Below, one piece after another: positions 8,846-18,726 of a stretch of 64,000 nucleotides of DNA (the stretch's first letter is position 1; each line of letters starts with the position of its first letter). The notes under the pieces were generated by a model, which did no database searches, had not been told where the DNA came from, and saw only the letters and a program-made list of their open reading frames with translations. This DNA is from a virus (lineage: Duplodnaviria; Caudoviricetes): positions 224,001 through 288,000 of IMG/VR virus record IMGVR_UViG_3300037067_012889, one strand, 5' to 3'. The translations under genes and the position numbers were made by a program.

Positions 8846-11800
8846 CTAGATTCGATTTTCGCCGGTCTTGACAGGCTTGAGATCGGGTGCCGATTTTGTA
8901 CTAACATCGACTTTGCCGTTCGTATCGAACCCCTCTAATTCCTTACCTTTGCCCTTTGGCTTCTGAGCGCCCTTTTCCTTTGGGGGTTCGCGATGATCCT
9001 GCTTTGTCGTATCATAGTCCTTACTTTTTGGATCGGTAATATCCTTGTCTTCCTGAATTTTCTCAGCACCCTCTTCGACTTCCTCATTCTCTTCAGGTTC
9101 GGGAGTATTGCCAGCCTCAAAGTTAGGCATTTCATCGGCATCTGTCTCCGGGGTTTCTGGCTCTTCTGGCTCGATCGCTGGTTCGGTCACGGGTTGCATT
9201 TCCCCTTCCGGCGCACCGACATCACCAATACCGGACACATCGCCAGTACTTCCAATCTCAAATTCATGCTCTCCGCCCTCGGCACCGGTGTCGACTGAAA
9301 CCGATACTGATCCATCGCTTCCAGCGGTAATTGTAGCTACCGCCTCATCGAGCATGCGATCTTCTTCTTCAGAGATTGGTCTGAATTGCTCAATACCGTC
9401 CGCCAACCACCGTGAAAATGGTTTGCTGTCACCCTTCTTAATTCCGGCAGCGGCCAACGCACTCTCAAACAAGTTTTGCGGAACCGGCACATTCACACTG
9501 CCATCTTCACTAAGTATTACGAACGGATCAGCATAATCAAGAATGAATCGAACTCCATCAAGATCACCCTTCATGCCTTTACCAGATTCATCGTGCTCAA
9601 GCCACACAACATTTCGACGAACTTTCGATTCGTTGGTTGGAGCATTGCCAGTAAATCCAGCATCAGCTTCCGGCGCTTCGCCATCAATTTCAGAAACACT
9701 ATTACCGCTTGGCTTCTTACGTTCAGTTTTGTTCAAACTAGAGCGACGAGGATTGCGCCGACGCATCAGAGTGCCGCTCTTATATTGGTCTTCTGCAATT
9801 TCTCTGAATTGCTCGACAACTTTGTCAACTGTAGCATTGATCCTGTGTTCGGGAATGCGAATTCCAGACGCAGCAATGGCTTCCAATGCTAACTTATGTG
9901 CATCGACGTCATCAATGTCGGCTTCTTTCGATTCCACCAGCTTAAACATTTGGGAAACAACATCCGACATCTCATCACGGAGTATCGATCTGCCATAATC
10001 AGCACCCATATTCGAGACAAAATCAATCGATTCGCCCATGGCGTATGGGTCGTCACATTCAGTCTCGCATTCCTCTTCGGTTTCACACTCTTCGTCCTTG
10101 TCGTCTTTCTTTCCTTCCTTTTCGGCAATCTTCTTCTCTAGCCATTCCTTATCTTCAGAAATTCCAAGGGCTTTTCGCGTCAGACGTTCAGCTAACGATC
10201 CCTTGCCTTTCTTTTGCTTACTATCGAGGTTGATATTAACATCCTTGTCTGCCTCTTCCTCTTCATCACCAAGACCAAGTTCGTCCAAGTCCTCGTCACC
10301 TTCGTCTTCGTCGCCAAGACCGAGAGCTTCTAAGTCTTCTTCTCCACCCTCTTCTCCGCCCTCTTCATCCTCAAATTCATCTCCACCGAGATCTTCACCC
10401 CCAAGTCCTGCATCTTCTTCTGGTGCGGCACTAGAAGTTCCGCCAATCTGAATTAGCGGAGAATTGATGACGATATTCGGTTGACCCGGAGTACCACTGA
10501 GTTCTTGGCCAAGATCATCCCCTACCTCCTCGCCAAGCTCTTCTCCAGCATCGATACCGGCGTTTGTCTCGGTACCTTGAGTATCGTAATCATTCAAAGT
10601 ATCCATAGCTTCAAGCTCTTTATGTGCAGAAGCTAATGTTTCGCGGACCAAATAAACAGTAGCGTCATCGACTTCCGATTCCGACAGTTTATTGATCAGT
10701 TCGTCAACCTTTTCCTTTAACTCCACATCCTCTTGAATCTTCGGGCTATCGCGGAGTAGTCCAAGCGCAGTACGATAGGCTTTCACCTCTTCATCGCGAG
10801 GCGACATAGCTTCATTGAATGTCATATTCAAGAATTTGTCATAATCGCCATCGAAATCCTTCGTGTGCTCAAGAACGGAAACATTTTCAAGCAACGTTGG
10901 GTGCTGTGCCTTGGTAGCTGTTGCACGCCATTCTTTGATAATCGTATCGCGGTTGATTTTCAGATTCGTGCGATAGAACAAAGTAGCCGTATCATCGCAA
11001 AGCTGCTGGTTCATAACAGCTTTCGCCGCCAAGGTGTTCTCAACTAGAGTCTGGCACTCTTGACGTGTAAGTAAGCAAAACTCTTGCTGCTCAGCCAAGA
11101 AGCTCTTAATACCTTCAACGGCTTCGGCAATCTTGTCGTTATCAATCAGTTTTGCAGTCTGATAAATCCGCTTTTGGAAGCCACTAGACTTGAAGGCTTC
11201 CTTTGCGGTCTCTCGCATATGAGTTCCGACAACTTTTCGGCACGTCCATTCGCTGACTGGTAGTTTCTTGCGACGATCATCGTTGAAAGTAGCACTAACA
11301 ATTCTACCACTTTCAAGTACCACAGAATCAGACAAACTCTCAACCAAAGCTCTGACCAACTGCTGCTTCTGATGGTCGGTCCATACCTTAGATGTTGATT
11401 CTACCCTGAGCTTTCTAACGACACCATCACGAGTGCGGACGACACCAGATGTCGGAATCGTATGTGGCGAGAATTTTTGAGCAGCCAAGTTGTTGAACGT
11501 AGTACGCATTGCTCGTTGGTCATTGGCCTCGATAGCGCTGACCAGACCACGGCAATTTTGCTCAAACAACGACTGTTTCTGTCCCTCGACGATTTTCACA
11601 GGGCGGATATTGGTGATATTGATCTTGCCACCACGCAGATGTTGATGATCGGCAACGTAGTAGGATCCGTTTGACGTATCTTCGATGAATAGGTTGCCGT
11701 CGTTAAGAGCAGCAAGACGCCATTGAGCTTTGATACGCTGCCCAAGCCGACCTACCAGTGACTCATAAATAGCCACTCTACTCTGGGCGGAATTGTTAAT

Positions 11801-11854
11801 TGTTCCAAGAAATTTCCGGCTATCCAACACAAGGCAATCGGCTTTGGTGGCCAT
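8846..11854 (-). CDS. Large acidic protein, probable prohead core/internal head protein
   Basis: 1002 aa directly downstream of the portal gene, with D/E/G-rich tracts and many (I/L/V)xE motifs; GGGAG SD. Confidence 0.55.
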   Translation of the reverse strand: MATKADCLVLDSRKFLGTINNSAQSRVAIYESLVGRLGQRIKAQWRLAALNDGNLFIEDTSNGSYYVADHQHLRGGKINITNIRPVKIVEGQKQSLFEQNCRGLVSAIEANDQRAMRTTFNNLAAQKFSPHTIPTSGVVRTRDGVVRKLRVESTSKVWTDHQKQQLVRALVESLSDSVVLESGRIVSATFNDDRRKKLPVSEWTCRKVVGTHMRETAKEAFKSSGFQKRIYQTAKLIDNDKIAEAVEGIKSFLAEQQEFCLLTRQECQTLVENTLAAKAVMNQQLCDDTATLFYRTNLKINRDTIIKEWRATATKAQHPTLLENVSVLEHTKDFDGDYDKFLNMTFNEAMSPRDEEVKAYRTALGLLRDSPKIQEDVELKEKVDELINKLSESEVDDATVYLVRETLASAHKELEAMDTLNDYDTQGTETNAGIDAGEELGEEVGDDLGQELSGTPGQPNIVINSPLIQIGGTSSAAPEEDAGLGGEDLGGDEFEDEEGGEEGGEEDLEALGLGDEDEGDEDLDELGLGDEEEEADKDVNINLDSKQKKGKGSLAERLTRKALGISEDKEWLEKKIAEKEGKKDDKDEECETEEECETECDDPYAMGESIDFVSNMGADYGRSILRDEMSDVVSQMFKLVESKEADIDDVDAHKLALEAIAASGIRIPEHRINATVDKVVEQFREIAEDQYKSGTLMRRRNPRRSSLNKTERKKPSGNSVSEIDGEAPEADAGFTGNAPTNESKVRRNVVWLEHDESGKGMKGDLDGVRFILDYADPFVILSEDGSVNVPVPQNLFESALAAAGIKKGDSKPFSRWLADGIEQFRPISEEEDRMLDEAVATITAGSDGSVSVSVDTGAEGGEHEFEIGSTGDVSGIGDVGAPEGEMQPVTEPAIEPEEPETPETDADEMPNFEAGNTPEPEENEEVEEGAEKIQEDKDITDPKSKDYDTTKQDHREPPKEKGAQKPKGKGKELEGFDTNGKVDVSTKSAPDLKPVKTGENRI

Positions 11855-11934
11855 GTACTAACTCCCTATTGACTGCAAAAGCCTCCGACACTCGGAGAGT
11901 TCAATTGGCTTATATAATAATGTTTGCCTAGAGC

Positions 11935-13863
11935 CTAAACGGGTAGATCCTCTTGACCAATATCAGTATCAACATTCGTCATAACTGGCTGATTTTTGAT
12001 GATACTCCTAATTTCAGATATAACTTCGTCGCGATCTATTTTAGGCACAGACCATGCAACTAATAGCCCCTTATCCTCTACGTCTTCTGTCAACAATTCT
12101 TCATCTTTTTTAACCGTTTTCGTCAACCCGTCCAATTCTTTAGATTCCAATAGATATTGAAACGGACTAGAAAACGTTTTTGCGCGTCTAGACATCTTGA
12201 TAAGATTACTATATCGTTTCTTGCGATAGGCATCTCTACGTATCTCAAGAATCACTTTGTGCTCTTGCCGTTTATTTTCTAGTGTAAATTCCTCTTCACC
12301 TTCTTCCTCTTCACCTTCTTCACCGCCGCCTTCTTCTTCACCACCCTCCATACCTTCCAAATCCTCATCACCACCAAGATCTACATCCTCACCACCCATT
12401 TCCAGATCTTCATCCCCGCCAGCTCCACCGGCCATTCCACCAAGTCCGCCAGCACCACCGCCCTCCTCGCCTTCCTCGCTACCACCTTCTTCCTCCTGCA
12501 TCTCCTCCATTTCTTCAATCTCGTCTGGCGACAGATCGGTAAATCTGGTAACAATCCACTGTTTTGGAAACCAGCCGATTTCTTTAAGATCGGCCATTAC
12601 ACCGACCCTAGTTGCCCATGTCTCCATTCTATAGAGATCATCAAGTGCAGAACTCGATGCTAACGATAAACTAAATCCCTTGATATCTTGAACAGAATAT
12701 CCACGTAGAGCGAGATGTATAATTCCAATCTTCTGTAAACTCAATGCTATTTCAGATTGCACCCACTGCACGGCCTTGGCAAATTCTGCATCTGATTGTG
12801 CTAATGACTTTTCATTAGGTTCACCAGCACCTTCGCCAATACCTACACGAGCAAACGGAATCTTCAACGGAGAAATCATTTTCTTCTTAAAGTACTCGAT
12901 ATCAGATATCTTATCCATATTCTCACCACCTGGGAGAATATCTATATCTGGCCCAGTACCATCTGGTCGCATTGGTAAAAAGAAATCATCCTCTTGAACG
13001 ATTGGCGAAAATCGTTCGTCGAATGTCCCTGTGGTGGGATTATAAAATCTCTGTCGCTTAAACATCCTTGCGATGCTCAACAAATATTCCGGAACCTCCT
13101 TGGGAGGAATCATTCCGACAGGAATCTTATATTTCCGCTTTTCCGGGCCTCTTGTAATACGATAGATTAATGAAGCATCTTCCATCAGCCTCAATTGTTT
13201 GAATGGTTTTCTAGAACCATCTATTATAGCTCTACCATATGGCGCATAAACCGACTCAAAATTCGTAAGACGCATATGCATACACGACCAGGGATGCATA
13301 AATACTGGTTCTGGATACATATCATCTTGATAGAAAAATCCCACCAAATCACCAAATCGCGTCTCAATTCTGGTGAAATTATAGATATTCATAAATCGTA
13401 ATGATGCTACGCCTGTGCGATTTCTGTCTGTTACTACCTCAAAAGCAGCATCACCAAATTTACACAAATATCTCGCCGCTGGTCTTAACCATCTGTCGAC
13501 TAGTAATGTGTCAAAGAATAATTCCTCTAGTTCTGCTTTAATTCTCCTATTCGCGGCCCTAATAATCAGCCCATGCTTATATTCTGGATCTATAAGCGAA
13601 CATTCATCCGAGTAGAGATCTAATGCCAGACTGATCTCACCGGTTTGGTCCATCTGCTCATAGTCTTTATATCTCTCCAAGCGGTTGATCTGAAGATTTG
13701 TTTGTTGAAGAATCGCGTTCTGGCTAGAAAAATCTAAGAAATCTCCACCGACTGCCAATTTATCTATAGATGATTGATCTTGTAGAATCCGTTCTTGCTG
13801 ATATATACGGTTAGATCGAGTAAATTCTCTGATGCGGTCCCAGACTAACCAATTGGCTGGCAT
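11935..13863 (-). CDS. Portal protein (T4 gp20-like)
   Basis: KQLRLMEDASLIYRITRGPEKR, EDDFFLP, IDILPGGENM..ISDIEYFKKK..LKIP are gp20 signatures. Confidence 0.93.
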   Translation of the reverse strand: MPANWLVWDRIREFTRSNRIYQQERILQDQSSIDKLAVGGDFLDFSSQNAILQQTNLQINRLERYKDYEQMDQTGEISLALDLYSDECSLIDPEYKHGLIIRAANRRIKAELEELFFDTLLVDRWLRPAARYLCKFGDAAFEVVTDRNRTGVASLRFMNIYNFTRIETRFGDLVGFFYQDDMYPEPVFMHPWSCMHMRLTNFESVYAPYGRAIIDGSRKPFKQLRLMEDASLIYRITRGPEKRKYKIPVGMIPPKEVPEYLLSIARMFKRQRFYNPTTGTFDERFSPIVQEDDFFLPMRPDGTGPDIDILPGGENMDKISDIEYFKKKMISPLKIPFARVGIGEGAGEPNEKSLAQSDAEFAKAVQWVQSEIALSLQKIGIIHLALRGYSVQDIKGFSLSLASSSALDDLYRMETWATRVGVMADLKEIGWFPKQWIVTRFTDLSPDEIEEMEEMQEEEGGSEEGEEGGGAGGLGGMAGGAGGDEDLEMGGEDVDLGGDEDLEGMEGGEEEGGGEEGEEEEGEEEFTLENKRQEHKVILEIRRDAYRKKRYSNLIKMSRRAKTFSSPFQYLLESKELDGLTKTVKKDEELLTEDVEDKGLLVAWSVPKIDRDEVISEIRSIIKNQPVMTNVDTDIGQEDLPV

Positions 13864-13870
13864 AGTATTC

Positions 13871-15259
13871 TCACAGATATCTTACAAAACACAATTTTTC
13901 ACCACCATATTTTTTAATGTAGCCGTATTTATCAGCGAACTCGTTTTCTTTTAATCCCATTTTCAGAGCTCTATTATATAATGTCTTTTTATGCATAACA
14001 TGACCAGAAACATCTATATACCAATAACTTGCCGCTACTCTATGGTGTAGTTGGAAATTGCTAGCTTTATAAATCGTCCCAACATGACCGACAGTTGTAT
14101 CGGAATAAGCTACTACGATTTTGCATGATAATTTTTTAAGACATTTCGCAATAAACCAACTTGCGAAATTCTTTTTTTGATATGATGGATGTATACACAA
14201 TCTGGATAGTTCACGAACTTCGCCATCTACTAACCCAAATTGACCCGCTGTATTTTGCCGAAGTGGTGAACTGAAAACAGCACATGCTATCATTTTTCCA
14301 TCGTATTCTGCACTAATACAAAATCCGCCGCGACCTTTACCAATATAATGGTATGAATCCAGAAATAAACGGACATCATTCGTTGGTGGATTAAGTCTAA
14401 GCGATATTTCTGAAAAATCAAAATCCACATCTTGCGTATTTATACCCAGTCTTGATTTTAACTTATCAGCTACCTTATCCTTACAATAAAACTCGTGTTC
14501 CCAAATATATAACATTTCATATTCGGGAAAATATTCAGAAATATATGTAAATTTAGCCCTATCTCGGCTAACAACTCTAGCAAGCTCATGCCAATAATCA
14601 CCCTGACATTCAATAAGAATTTTATGTTCGCCATATGTTATTAGGCAATCGAAGCTATAATAACCAATTCGAGTACCAGGTCCTTCTCGCTCGTAATTGA
14701 TATTTAAAGTGTCAAGTATGTCATATAAAATCAGTTGTATAGAACTATGTGGTCTGTGTTGAGCAAATGATTTGGCTATTGCTATTTTATAACGTTCAGA
14801 TGCTTTCACATCGCGCAATTTATCCTTCGACGCAGCAATAGCAGATAATGTCTTTAATTTATAGTCACTATCACGCCATAACGCTTTTACTGACTCAGAC
14901 GCCTTTTGTGTAAGTGGACTATTAGAAAAGCTATGTGTATTCCTTTTTAGAGATACCTTATGCTTCTCTTTAAATATTGGATCCCTCAACAATTCCGCTG
15001 TACTTGCAACCCTATCAGCACGGTATTCTTCATTTTCCCATTGTTGCTTCATTCTAGCAGATATAGCTGCAGACTCTTTTTTCTTTACACATGATGGACA
15101 CAACCAAGGCATCTGATTATCGACTACTTCATTCTTAACTCTAATAGTTATTATCGCCAATTTTCCGCAATTATCGCAAGAACATATAACTTTGGGTCGT
15201 CTACATCCAGGTAGAATATCATAGCCATACTTGTCTGATGTTGCTTGCCAATCGATCAT
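13871..15259 (-). CDS. Zn-ribbon/helical repeats + Vsr/DUF559-type endonuclease + Mom-like GNAT acyltransferase fusion (copy 1)
   Basis: YSFDC..ILIECQGDYWH..D..K..WEHEF, then YHY.G..AVFSSP..ELSRLC..KNFASWF..AYSDTTVGHVGTIYKASNF. Confidence 0.75.
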   Translation of the reverse strand: MIDWQATSDKYGYDILPGCRRPKVICSCDNCGKLAIITIRVKNEVVDNQMPWLCPSCVKKKESAAISARMKQQWENEEYRADRVASTAELLRDPIFKEKHKVSLKRNTHSFSNSPLTQKASESVKALWRDSDYKLKTLSAIAASKDKLRDVKASERYKIAIAKSFAQHRPHSSIQLILYDILDTLNINYEREGPGTRIGYYSFDCLITYGEHKILIECQGDYWHELARVVSRDRAKFTYISEYFPEYEMLYIWEHEFYCKDKVADKLKSRLGINTQDVDFDFSEISLRLNPPTNDVRLFLDSYHYIGKGRGGFCISAEYDGKMIACAVFSSPLRQNTAGQFGLVDGEVRELSRLCIHPSYQKKNFASWFIAKCLKKLSCKIVVAYSDTTVGHVGTIYKASNFQLHHRVAASYWYIDVSGHVMHKKTLYNRALKMGLKENEFADKYGYIKKYGGEKLCFVRYL

Positions 15260-15285
15260 ATCTTATATACAATACTGAATCGTTC

Positions 15286-16200
15286 TCACTTCGGATAATG
15301 TTCCACAGACTCATATAACAAGGCCGTAGGGTCGATAAGACCAAACCCACTGATGATATTCTTACCAGTCTGGCCAATACTTATTGTCGATTGAGATAAC
15401 AAACTGACTATCTCGTCTCTGGTCAACACAGATCTGCCATCTTTTTTACGTTCTGAAGCTATAAGAGCTATAATACCAGCGACAAAAGGACATGCCATAC
15501 TTGTCCCACTTAGCATTGCCATATTATTTGGTGGCCAGCACGATATGATTTGATCTCCTGGTGCTACTATATCGACACGATCACCACGAGACGAATAATT
15601 TGGGACATGTCTATTACGATCAATAGCACCAACACCAATCGTTTCAAGATATCTGGCAGGATAATTAACAGAATCTAATGCCGGTCCATTATTACCAGCA
15701 GCGCAAACAATGCATGCCTTTTTAGAAACTGCAATAATGGTGTTATGAAGTATGTCTGTCGACATCTTTGTACCAGCACTTATTGAAATGACATCGGCAC
15801 CGTTCGTCATCGCCCACCCAAGACCATTTATTACTGCTTGATCTTGGCATAAATTATTATCGGCCACAACTTTACATATCATCAATTGGCATTCAGGTGC
15901 AACACCAACCACACCAAATTTATTACTGCGTGCGCCAATAATACCAGCACAGTGGGTACCATGCCCGATTTTATCTTCAATGCCATTTGTGCTTCCTGTA
16001 AAGTCAATACCCTGAACTACAGCACCAATAAGATCTTGGTGATGTTGTGCTATTCCAGTATCTAGAATAGCTACTTTTATACCTTGGCCCTTCGTTATTT
16101 TCCAAAGATCTGGGATACCTTCACATATCAAACCCCAGTTCACAGTCTCTGAGAGTGTTCTGTCTACGACGAATGGAGGTATATTAAAGGTATCTTGCAT
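15286..16200 (-). CDS. Subtilisin-like S8 serine peptidase
   Basis: ILDTG, HGTHCAG, AAGN and GTSMACP catalytic motifs. Confidence 0.95.
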   Translation of the reverse strand: MQDTFNIPPFVVDRTLSETVNWGLICEGIPDLWKITKGQGIKVAILDTGIAQHHQDLIGAVVQGIDFTGSTNGIEDKIGHGTHCAGIIGARSNKFGVVGVAPECQLMICKVVADNNLCQDQAVINGLGWAMTNGADVISISAGTKMSTDILHNTIIAVSKKACIVCAAGNNGPALDSVNYPARYLETIGVGAIDRNRHVPNYSSRGDRVDIVAPGDQIISCWPPNNMAMLSGTSMACPFVAGIIALIASERKKDGRSVLTRDEIVSLLSQSTISIGQTGKNIISGFGLIDPTALLYESVEHYPK

Positions 16201-16225
16201 AACGCTTACCCAAGATATCTTTGTG

Positions 16226-18157
16226 CTATCTTAGTATTAGCGTATGCTTCTTATTTGCAACAGGAGGTGCAGATTCTATAGTAATTGGTAATGCGCCGAG
16301 CTGCTCTGCAAATCTCAATATCTCACCAGATACACTGATGTCTGGCGACATCTCAACATATCCAGATACCGGGGCTAACATTGTGGGATCAAGTTTAATA
16401 TGACTATTATCTGAGATATTCAAATCGGCTTGCATCGATTCTTGGAACGGAATCAAACCACCAACAATCTGTGTGGCAGCGTCATTAAGGCCAATCATCG
16501 CTAAACCGAGACTAATAACTAAATCGTCATGATTACCAGGGCCGTCTTCTGCCTCCGTTTTATTTGTATCGCGCCCCGATCGATCCTTCTTGCGAACATA
16601 AATCTGCAATTGCTTCAACAAACGGCGGCTATAAATCTTATAACCACCTTGCGGTTGCAGATAGTCTATCAACGCCTTATTTAATGTTGGTTTCGATGCT
16701 TGCCCGGTGTAGAAACCATATTCGGCAAGTTTGATGTGATTCTTTTTATTTGAGGCCGATGGCTTATCGTTTATATCTTTCTTACGCCACAAATTTGGAT
16801 ACATAAGATCATATCGCATATCATCTATAAAAGCATCACCACCATTATTGCGCTCGATAACCATCAAAGCATTATTGTACCAGCGACCAATATAATCTGC
16901 TAAAAGCTTGAAATGCTTCGGCAGAGTTCGTATCATCATCTCGGCCACTTGTTCTTGGGCATCTATATCAAGAACTTGTAAACCGAAGTAATCACGCCCC
17001 TTACCGGTCGCTATATCGATTCCTATTGAATATCGATGTGGCTGTTCACCCGGATCTATAAGACGCCTACCCTGATATGTGGGCCGAGTACCATGTACTG
17101 GTTTTTTCCATATCCATAAGCCCTCATCTTTATCCAACTCACGTTTGTTCCCGTTAAAATCAAGCATTAAATGCTCATTTTTAACGGGATGCACATATGT
17201 CTGTGCTCCCTTGACACGCTTATATGCGTCATTAACTGTTGTTGAGAAGTAGGCCAAAACTTTGAGATCGAGGATCGTATCGCCAGATCCGACAAATTCA
17301 GCTAATATTTCTTGTCTGAACTTCCATGTCTCACCGCGCTCTTGAAGACCACGATATTGTTCTTCCAACCACGGAGACCATTTTGGACCATATTTTTCTA
17401 TCTCTTCGGGAGTTACGCAGTCGCGAATACCGGCAGTTGGCGATATAATCTTCAATTCACCAGTCATATCATCGCGATAGCGGATCTCCCAATCCATATC
17501 CCACCAATCAATATTGATTGGATGAAAGTCATTAAATCCGGCAACTGCGTCCGTCCATGTGCCCCAATACCAACCACCAACACCGGATGTCGTCGAGACT
17601 ACTATAACACTACCACCATGTATCAACGTAGGTTGACCAGCTGCCCACATCACACCCATATTTGGAATAAACGCAGCTTCATCGATAATATTCAATGACG
17701 AAGCATTGGACCGCAATACGTCTGGGTTTGAAGTCAGCGATCTAATACGAGATCCGTTCGGAAATTGTACTTCGTGTTCATTCTCTTTTACCGGCTTCCA
17801 GGCATCTTGCATCCATTGAGGCAAATACCTAAATAAGAAGATTATGTTCTCACGAAGAAAATTGATAGCATCCTCGTCAGTACGAGATACTATCAATATA
17901 GTCTTATTTGAAAAGAATAATGCAAACCATAACGCAAAAGCACCAGCTATTTTACTAGCACCGGTTTGTCGCGATTTTTTGAAAATATTGAACCGATATT
18001 TGCGAAAAGCATGCAATGCCTTAATTTGATATTTAAAAGGATCAAACGGCAATATGCCAGCTGTTGGATGCTTCGTTTTGCCAAAATTCTTAAGAAAGAA
18101 TATAGTCGATTTTTGGCATCGGCGCACAACTGCAGCTTGTGTTGCTGTCAAACCCAT
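16226..18157 (-). CDS. Terminase large subunit (gp17-like)
   Basis: KSRQTGAS Walker A region, IIDEAAF Walker B, STTSG, FRQE, GIDIATG, HDDLV nuclease motif. Confidence 0.93.
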   Translation of the reverse strand: MGLTATQAAVVRRCQKSTIFFLKNFGKTKHPTAGILPFDPFKYQIKALHAFRKYRFNIFKKSRQTGASKIAGAFALWFALFFSNKTILIVSRTDEDAINFLRENIIFLFRYLPQWMQDAWKPVKENEHEVQFPNGSRIRSLTSNPDVLRSNASSLNIIDEAAFIPNMGVMWAAGQPTLIHGGSVIVVSTTSGVGGWYWGTWTDAVAGFNDFHPINIDWWDMDWEIRYRDDMTGELKIISPTAGIRDCVTPEEIEKYGPKWSPWLEEQYRGLQERGETWKFRQEILAEFVGSGDTILDLKVLAYFSTTVNDAYKRVKGAQTYVHPVKNEHLMLDFNGNKRELDKDEGLWIWKKPVHGTRPTYQGRRLIDPGEQPHRYSIGIDIATGKGRDYFGLQVLDIDAQEQVAEMMIRTLPKHFKLLADYIGRWYNNALMVIERNNGGDAFIDDMRYDLMYPNLWRKKDINDKPSASNKKNHIKLAEYGFYTGQASKPTLNKALIDYLQPQGGYKIYSRRLLKQLQIYVRKKDRSGRDTNKTEAEDGPGNHDDLVISLGLAMIGLNDAATQIVGGLIPFQESMQADLNISDNSHIKLDPTMLAPVSGYVEMSPDISVSGEILRFAEQLGALPITIESAPPVANKKHTLILR

Positions 18158-18726
18158 TATTCATCGCCCGCTGCTGGCTGATCTAGTATCTTCTGTAATT
18201 CAATATCAGTACCAGTTATTGATATGTTGTTTTGTGTATTGCTACCAGTACTTTTAGTAGCAGATAACAGTTTAGAGCGTGAATCTAACAACTTTACTGC
18301 ATGTCCATTCGTGTCAGCGAGAACAGCAAGTGCTTTGACCAATGACATAGTGTCCGTTTCTGCATCGGCATTATTTCTCACTCGTGCTAATAATATGTCG
18401 ATCACAGTATCGATTCTTTTGCGATCGCTCTTTAGATTAGCTTGAACCTCTGTATAATCTTTATCGAATTTGTCGGCTATTATCTTAAGATCGGATAATA
18501 CCATTGGCGTCGATTCTATTGGAAGAAGATCTGGTTCATCTTCTTCCATATCAATCTTCGCATCACTCATTTCCAGATCTGGAATAACGATATCGGTCGA
18601 TGAATTTTCCACTATATCTGGTGGTAGATCTTCAGATATATTCTCTACAACCGAATCTTCTTGCTCTAAATCGCTTAATAGAGACTGTAGCTCGTCATCC
18701 ATACCTTGTACAGCGTCGTCGCTCAT
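18157..18726 (-). CDS. Probable terminase small subunit
   Basis: Coupled directly upstream of TerL; helical core and a NTQNNISITGTDIELQKIL tail like gp16 'NNI.VGST.EL.K.L'. Confidence 0.6.
   Translation of the reverse strand: MSDDAVQGMDDELQSLLSDLEQEDSVVENISEDLPPDIVENSSTDIVIPDLEMSDAKIDMEEDEPDLLPIESTPMVLSDLKIIADKFDKDYTEVQANLKSDRKRIDTVIDILLARVRNNADAETDTMSLVKALAVLADTNGHAVKLLDSRSKLLSATKSTGSNTQNNISITGTDIELQKILDQPAAGDE

Noticed and set aside
10038-12634. Ser-rich plus-strand ORFs (10038..10451, 12257..12634)
   Set aside because: Antisense mirrors of the acidic tracts in the core and portal genes.
13864-15285. Possible terminal repeats, target-site duplication or intron around the nuclease-Mom genes
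   Set aside because: No shared flanks, inverted repeats or split host gene were seen at any of the three copies, so they are not called IS elements or introns.
17950-17985. TerL Walker A lacks the canonical GKT (RQTGAS)
   Set aside because: RQxG(I/A)S variants are common in large-phage terminases and the other motifs are intact.
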